Shown: positions 62,460-64,000 of the stretch, one piece after another
Position numbering within the stretch: the first letter of the stretch is position 1
How the letters are laid out: the number at the start of each line of letters is the position of its first letter
Source of the DNA: an uncultured delta proteobacterium
GTDB lineage: Bacteria; Myxococcota_A; Polyangia; Fen-1088
Direction: 5' to 3'
Assembly (NCBI GenBank): GCA_963737265.1
Contig: CAVTRY010000014.1
Coordinates: 320,001 to 384,000, forward strand
Length of the DNA stretch: 64,000 bases
Translations under genes and position numbers: made by a program
Notes under the pieces: model-generated
The model's database searches: none
What the model saw: only the letters and a program-made list of their open reading frames with translations
What the model was told of the DNA's origin: nothing

Positions 62460-64000
62460 ATGAGCGAGGAAATCAATAATGGCAATCAACGTCAAGCGGC
62501 CAAGTTCGAGGGATTCGATGCCCTAGCGGAGCTGGCCCTCAACCTCCGCTGGTCGTGGAATCATGCCACCGATGAGGTTTGGCGGCGGCTCGATCCGGAA
62601 TTGTGGGAGACCACCCATAACCCCTGGGTGGTTCTTCAGACAGCCTCGCGCGACAAGATCGAGCGTGCGATGGCGGATTCGTCGTTTTGCAAGACCGTCG
62701 ACGGCCTGGTTCAAACCGGGCGAAAGGCGATTGAGACACCCGCCTGGTTTCAACAGAAACATCCCGCTAGCGCCCTTGCTAGCGTGGCGTATTTCAGCAT
62801 GGAGTTCATGCTGAGCGAGGCCTTGCCCATCTATTCAGGTGGGCTGGGCAATGTCGCCGGGGACCAATTGAAGGCCGCCAGCGATTTGGGAGTTCCCGTC
62901 GTTGGCGTGGGACTGCTGTACCAGCAAGGCTACTTTCGCCAGGTCATCGACAGGGATGGAGCGCAGCAAGCCCTCTATCCTTATAACGACCCTGGGCAAT
63001 TGCCGATCACGCCCTTGCGTCAGCCTAATGGCGAGTGGTTGCGGCTGGAGATCGCCTTACCGGGGTATTCGGTCTGGCTGCGGACCAGGCAGGTGCAAGT
63101 CGGCAGGGCCAAGCTCTATCTGCTGGACAGCAACGATGCGGCGAACTTTCCCGCCCACCGCGGGATCACCAGCGAGCTTTATGGCGGCGGTCCCGAGCTT
63201 CGCCTGAAGCAGGAAATCTTGCTTGGCATAGGCGGCTGGAGGTTGCTGGCCGCGCTTGGCATCGAGCCGGAGGTCTGCCATCTCAATGAAGGGCACGCCG
63301 CTTTTGCCGTCCTGGAGCGGGCTCGCGCATTCATGCGGAAGAACGCCCGGCCCTTCGACGTCGCCTTGGCCGTCACTCGGGCAGGAAATATTTTCGCGAC
63401 CCACACCGCGGTTTCCGCGGGTTTCGACCGCTTCGCACCGGCGCTCGTCGAGCACTATCTTGGCAACTACGCCGAGAAGCACCTCGGTTTGTCCGTTCGC
63501 GATCTGCTAGCCCTTGGCCGGCAAAATCCCGACGACGCATCCGAAAGCTTCAATATGGCTTATCTTGCCATTCACGGCAGTGGTGCCGTGAATGGCGTGA
63601 GCCGCCTGCATGGAAAGGTCAGCCGACACCTGTTCGAGCCGCTTTTCCCGCGCTGGCCGACAGATGACATTCCTGTGGGCCACGTGACCAACGGAATCTA
63701 TGTGCCCAGTTGGGACTCATCGCCAGCGGACGATCTGTGGACCGAAGCCTGCGGTAAGGACCGTTGGCTGGGATTGACAAAGCCCTTGGATCAGCAGCTC
63801 CGACGGGTTTCAGACACCCAATTGTGGCAATTGCGAAAGGCACAGAGCGCGTCCCTTGTCGAGTACGCACGTCAACGGCTGGCCCTTCAACTGACGGCCT
63901 CCGGCGGGTCGAACGACGTCATCGACCAGGCCAAGCGGCTGTTCGATCCGAACATCTTAACGCTCGGTTTTGCACGGCGCTTTGCCTCCTACAAGCGCCC
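62460..64000 (+). CDS. glgP: alpha-glucan phosphorylase, runs off the window end
   Basis: Translated by hand: LALNLRWSW, AYFSMEF, IYSGGLG..AGD.LKAASDLG, HLNEGH, VNGVSRLH, GFARRFASYKR. Confidence 0.93.
   Translation, partial: MSEEINNGNQRQAAKFEGFDALAELALNLRWSWNHATDEVWRRLDPELWETTHNPWVVLQTASRDKIERAMADSSFCKTVDGLVQTGRKAIETPAWFQQKHPASALASVAYFSMEFMLSEALPIYSGGLGNVAGDQLKAASDLGVPVVGVGLLYQQGYFRQVIDRDGAQQALYPYNDPGQLPITPLRQPNGEWLRLEIALPGYSVWLRTRQVQVGRAKLYLLDSNDAANFPAHRGITSELYGGGPELRLKQEILLGIGGWRLLAALGIEPEVCHLNEGHAAFAVLERARAFMRKNARPFDVALAVTRAGNIFATHTAVSAGFDRFAPALVEHYLGNYAEKHLGLSVRDLLALGRQNPDDASESFNMAYLAIHGSGAVNGVSRLHGKVSRHLFEPLFPRWPTDDIPVGHVTNGIYVPSWDSSPADDLWTEACGKDRWLGLTKPLDQQLRRVSDTQLWQLRKAQSASLVEYARQRLALQLTASGGSNDVIDQAKRLFDPNILTLGFARRFASYKR

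Overview
High-GC bacterial DNA, probably Myxococcota/Polyangia-like (inferred from the Cys-rich surface proteins and gene repertoire). Bases 1-39250 are mostly core genes: hslO, rnhB, tadA, an amidase, an OmpA/TSP3 protein with a Cys-rich partner, a 1840-aa Cys-repeat/polyproline protein, prkA-yeaH-spoVR, a five-gene transhydrogenase operon, rpe, def, pstSCAB-phoU and PBP1A. About 39.3-55.3 kb is an accessory region: an IS4 remnant, a DUF134/NifX metal-sulfur cluster, and a decayed IS91/ISCR-like rolling-circle element with two oriIS-like ends. Nested in that element are a TIR/TSD-bounded mini-element carrying a GxxExxY nuclease, three hairpin plus G-tract micro-insertions, and a 2.8-kb serine-recombinase element. 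Next comes a group II intron whose RT is hit at its YxDD motif by a 189-bp MITE. The window ends with a P-type H+-ATPase, NhaR, cls, PRC-barrel genes and a partial glgP. The most notable items are (1) the pnt operon's extra alpha2/beta pair that lacks the proton-channel residues, (2) the GxxExxY mini-element and (3) the GCGAAGC-hairpin/G-quadruplex micro-elements. All calls come from motif recognition by eye; no searches were run. Several +1 frameshifts may be sequencing errors.
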